Source: Limisphaerales bacterium (GTDB lineage: Bacteria; Verrucomicrobiota; Verrucomicrobiia; Limisphaerales; JADJPG01). Taken from it: a DNA stretch of 42,652 nt. Every line of letters begins with the position of its first letter. Within the stretch, counting starts at the first letter, position 1. Below the pieces are notes generated by a model. The model searched no databases and was not told the DNA's origin. It saw only the letters and a program-made list of their open reading frames with translations. Position numbers and translations under genes: made by a program. Positions 42,383-42,652 of this stretch are shown piece by piece. The stretch is from the NCBI GenBank assembly GCA_039806925.1, contig JBDHQG010000001.1:1-42652 (forward strand). Reading direction: 5' to 3'.

Positions 42383-42427
42383 AACGCCGTGGTCTTTGAA
42401 ATCATTGGAGTCAAAGTCGTCATCGCG

Positions 42428-42652
42428 TCACACCTCGATCTTCTCCTCCTGGATTTCGCGCGAGCGCCTCGGCGCGGTGCGCCGCTCACCGAGCGAACGG
42501 ACGATGGTCAAGTCCTCCGGCTCGATGTCCGGCAGCACGAGCTTGCGCGTCACGGTCGTCTTCAGGTCGTGCTTCGAGTCGAGCAGGAACGCCGTGACAT
42601 CGCGCCGGAGCTGCTTGAAGTGCGCGTCGTGATTGATGGCCTTGCGATCGCG
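42428..42652 (-). CDS. 3' end (74 codons) of a second NrtC/D-type ABC ATPase; 5' part lies outside the window
   Basis: The minus-strand frame, open from the window edge, reads RDRKAINHDAHFKQLRRDVTAFLL...EEKIEV-stop. It parallels the [23 protein letters not shown] tail of the neighbouring ATPase. It is absent from the ORF track because it has no start in the window. Confidence 0.7.
   Translation of the reverse strand, partial: RDRKAINHDAHFKQLRRDVTAFLLDSKHDLKTTVTRKLVLPDIEPEDLTIVRSLGERRTAPRRSREIQEEKIEV

Overview
GC-rich, gene-dense chromosomal window, possibly from a PVC/Verrucomicrobia-like bacterium (taxon is inference only). I found no rRNA, tRNA, CRISPR array, transposase or integrase. About 34 protein genes are supported. 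(1) Housekeeping and metabolic genes: sugar-phosphate isomerase, an interrupted MFS/spermidine-synthase-like fusion, GH5-like hydrolase, MgtC/DUF4010, quinone oxidoreductase, an RpoD-family sigma factor, TetR, pyrF, rsmD, gap, rpe, PfkB kinase, zinc-ribbon protein, uronate-isomerase-like protein and leuB. (2) The main candidate system is a ~15 kb module at about 19.4-34.5 kb. It has an NtrC-type sigma-54 activator, three secreted repeat or Ig-domain proteins, a FecR-TPR-beta-barrel fusion protein and a CHASE2-PAS hybrid histidine kinase. Three -24/-12 sigma-54 promoters are readable in the sequence. Each lies downstream of GTTCC-N6-GGAAC palindromes that I saw nowhere else in the window. (3) A nitrate-uptake-like minus-strand operon at 35.9-42.65 kb encodes two NrtC/D-type ABC ATPases, an alginate-export-type porin, a 4Fe-4S/DmsC fusion and a molybdopterin oxidoreductase. 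(4) Four families of structured, hairpin-rich intergenic repeats occur, some showing compensatory stem changes. Other observations: an in-frame TAG splitting the spermidine-synthase-like gene, an identical 14-bp motif at the same distance from two start codons flanking tetR, an orphan minus-strand intrinsic terminator, and an 18-bp tandem duplication at the leuB start. Many long ORFs in the track are antisense or off-frame artefacts of high GC and were rejected.
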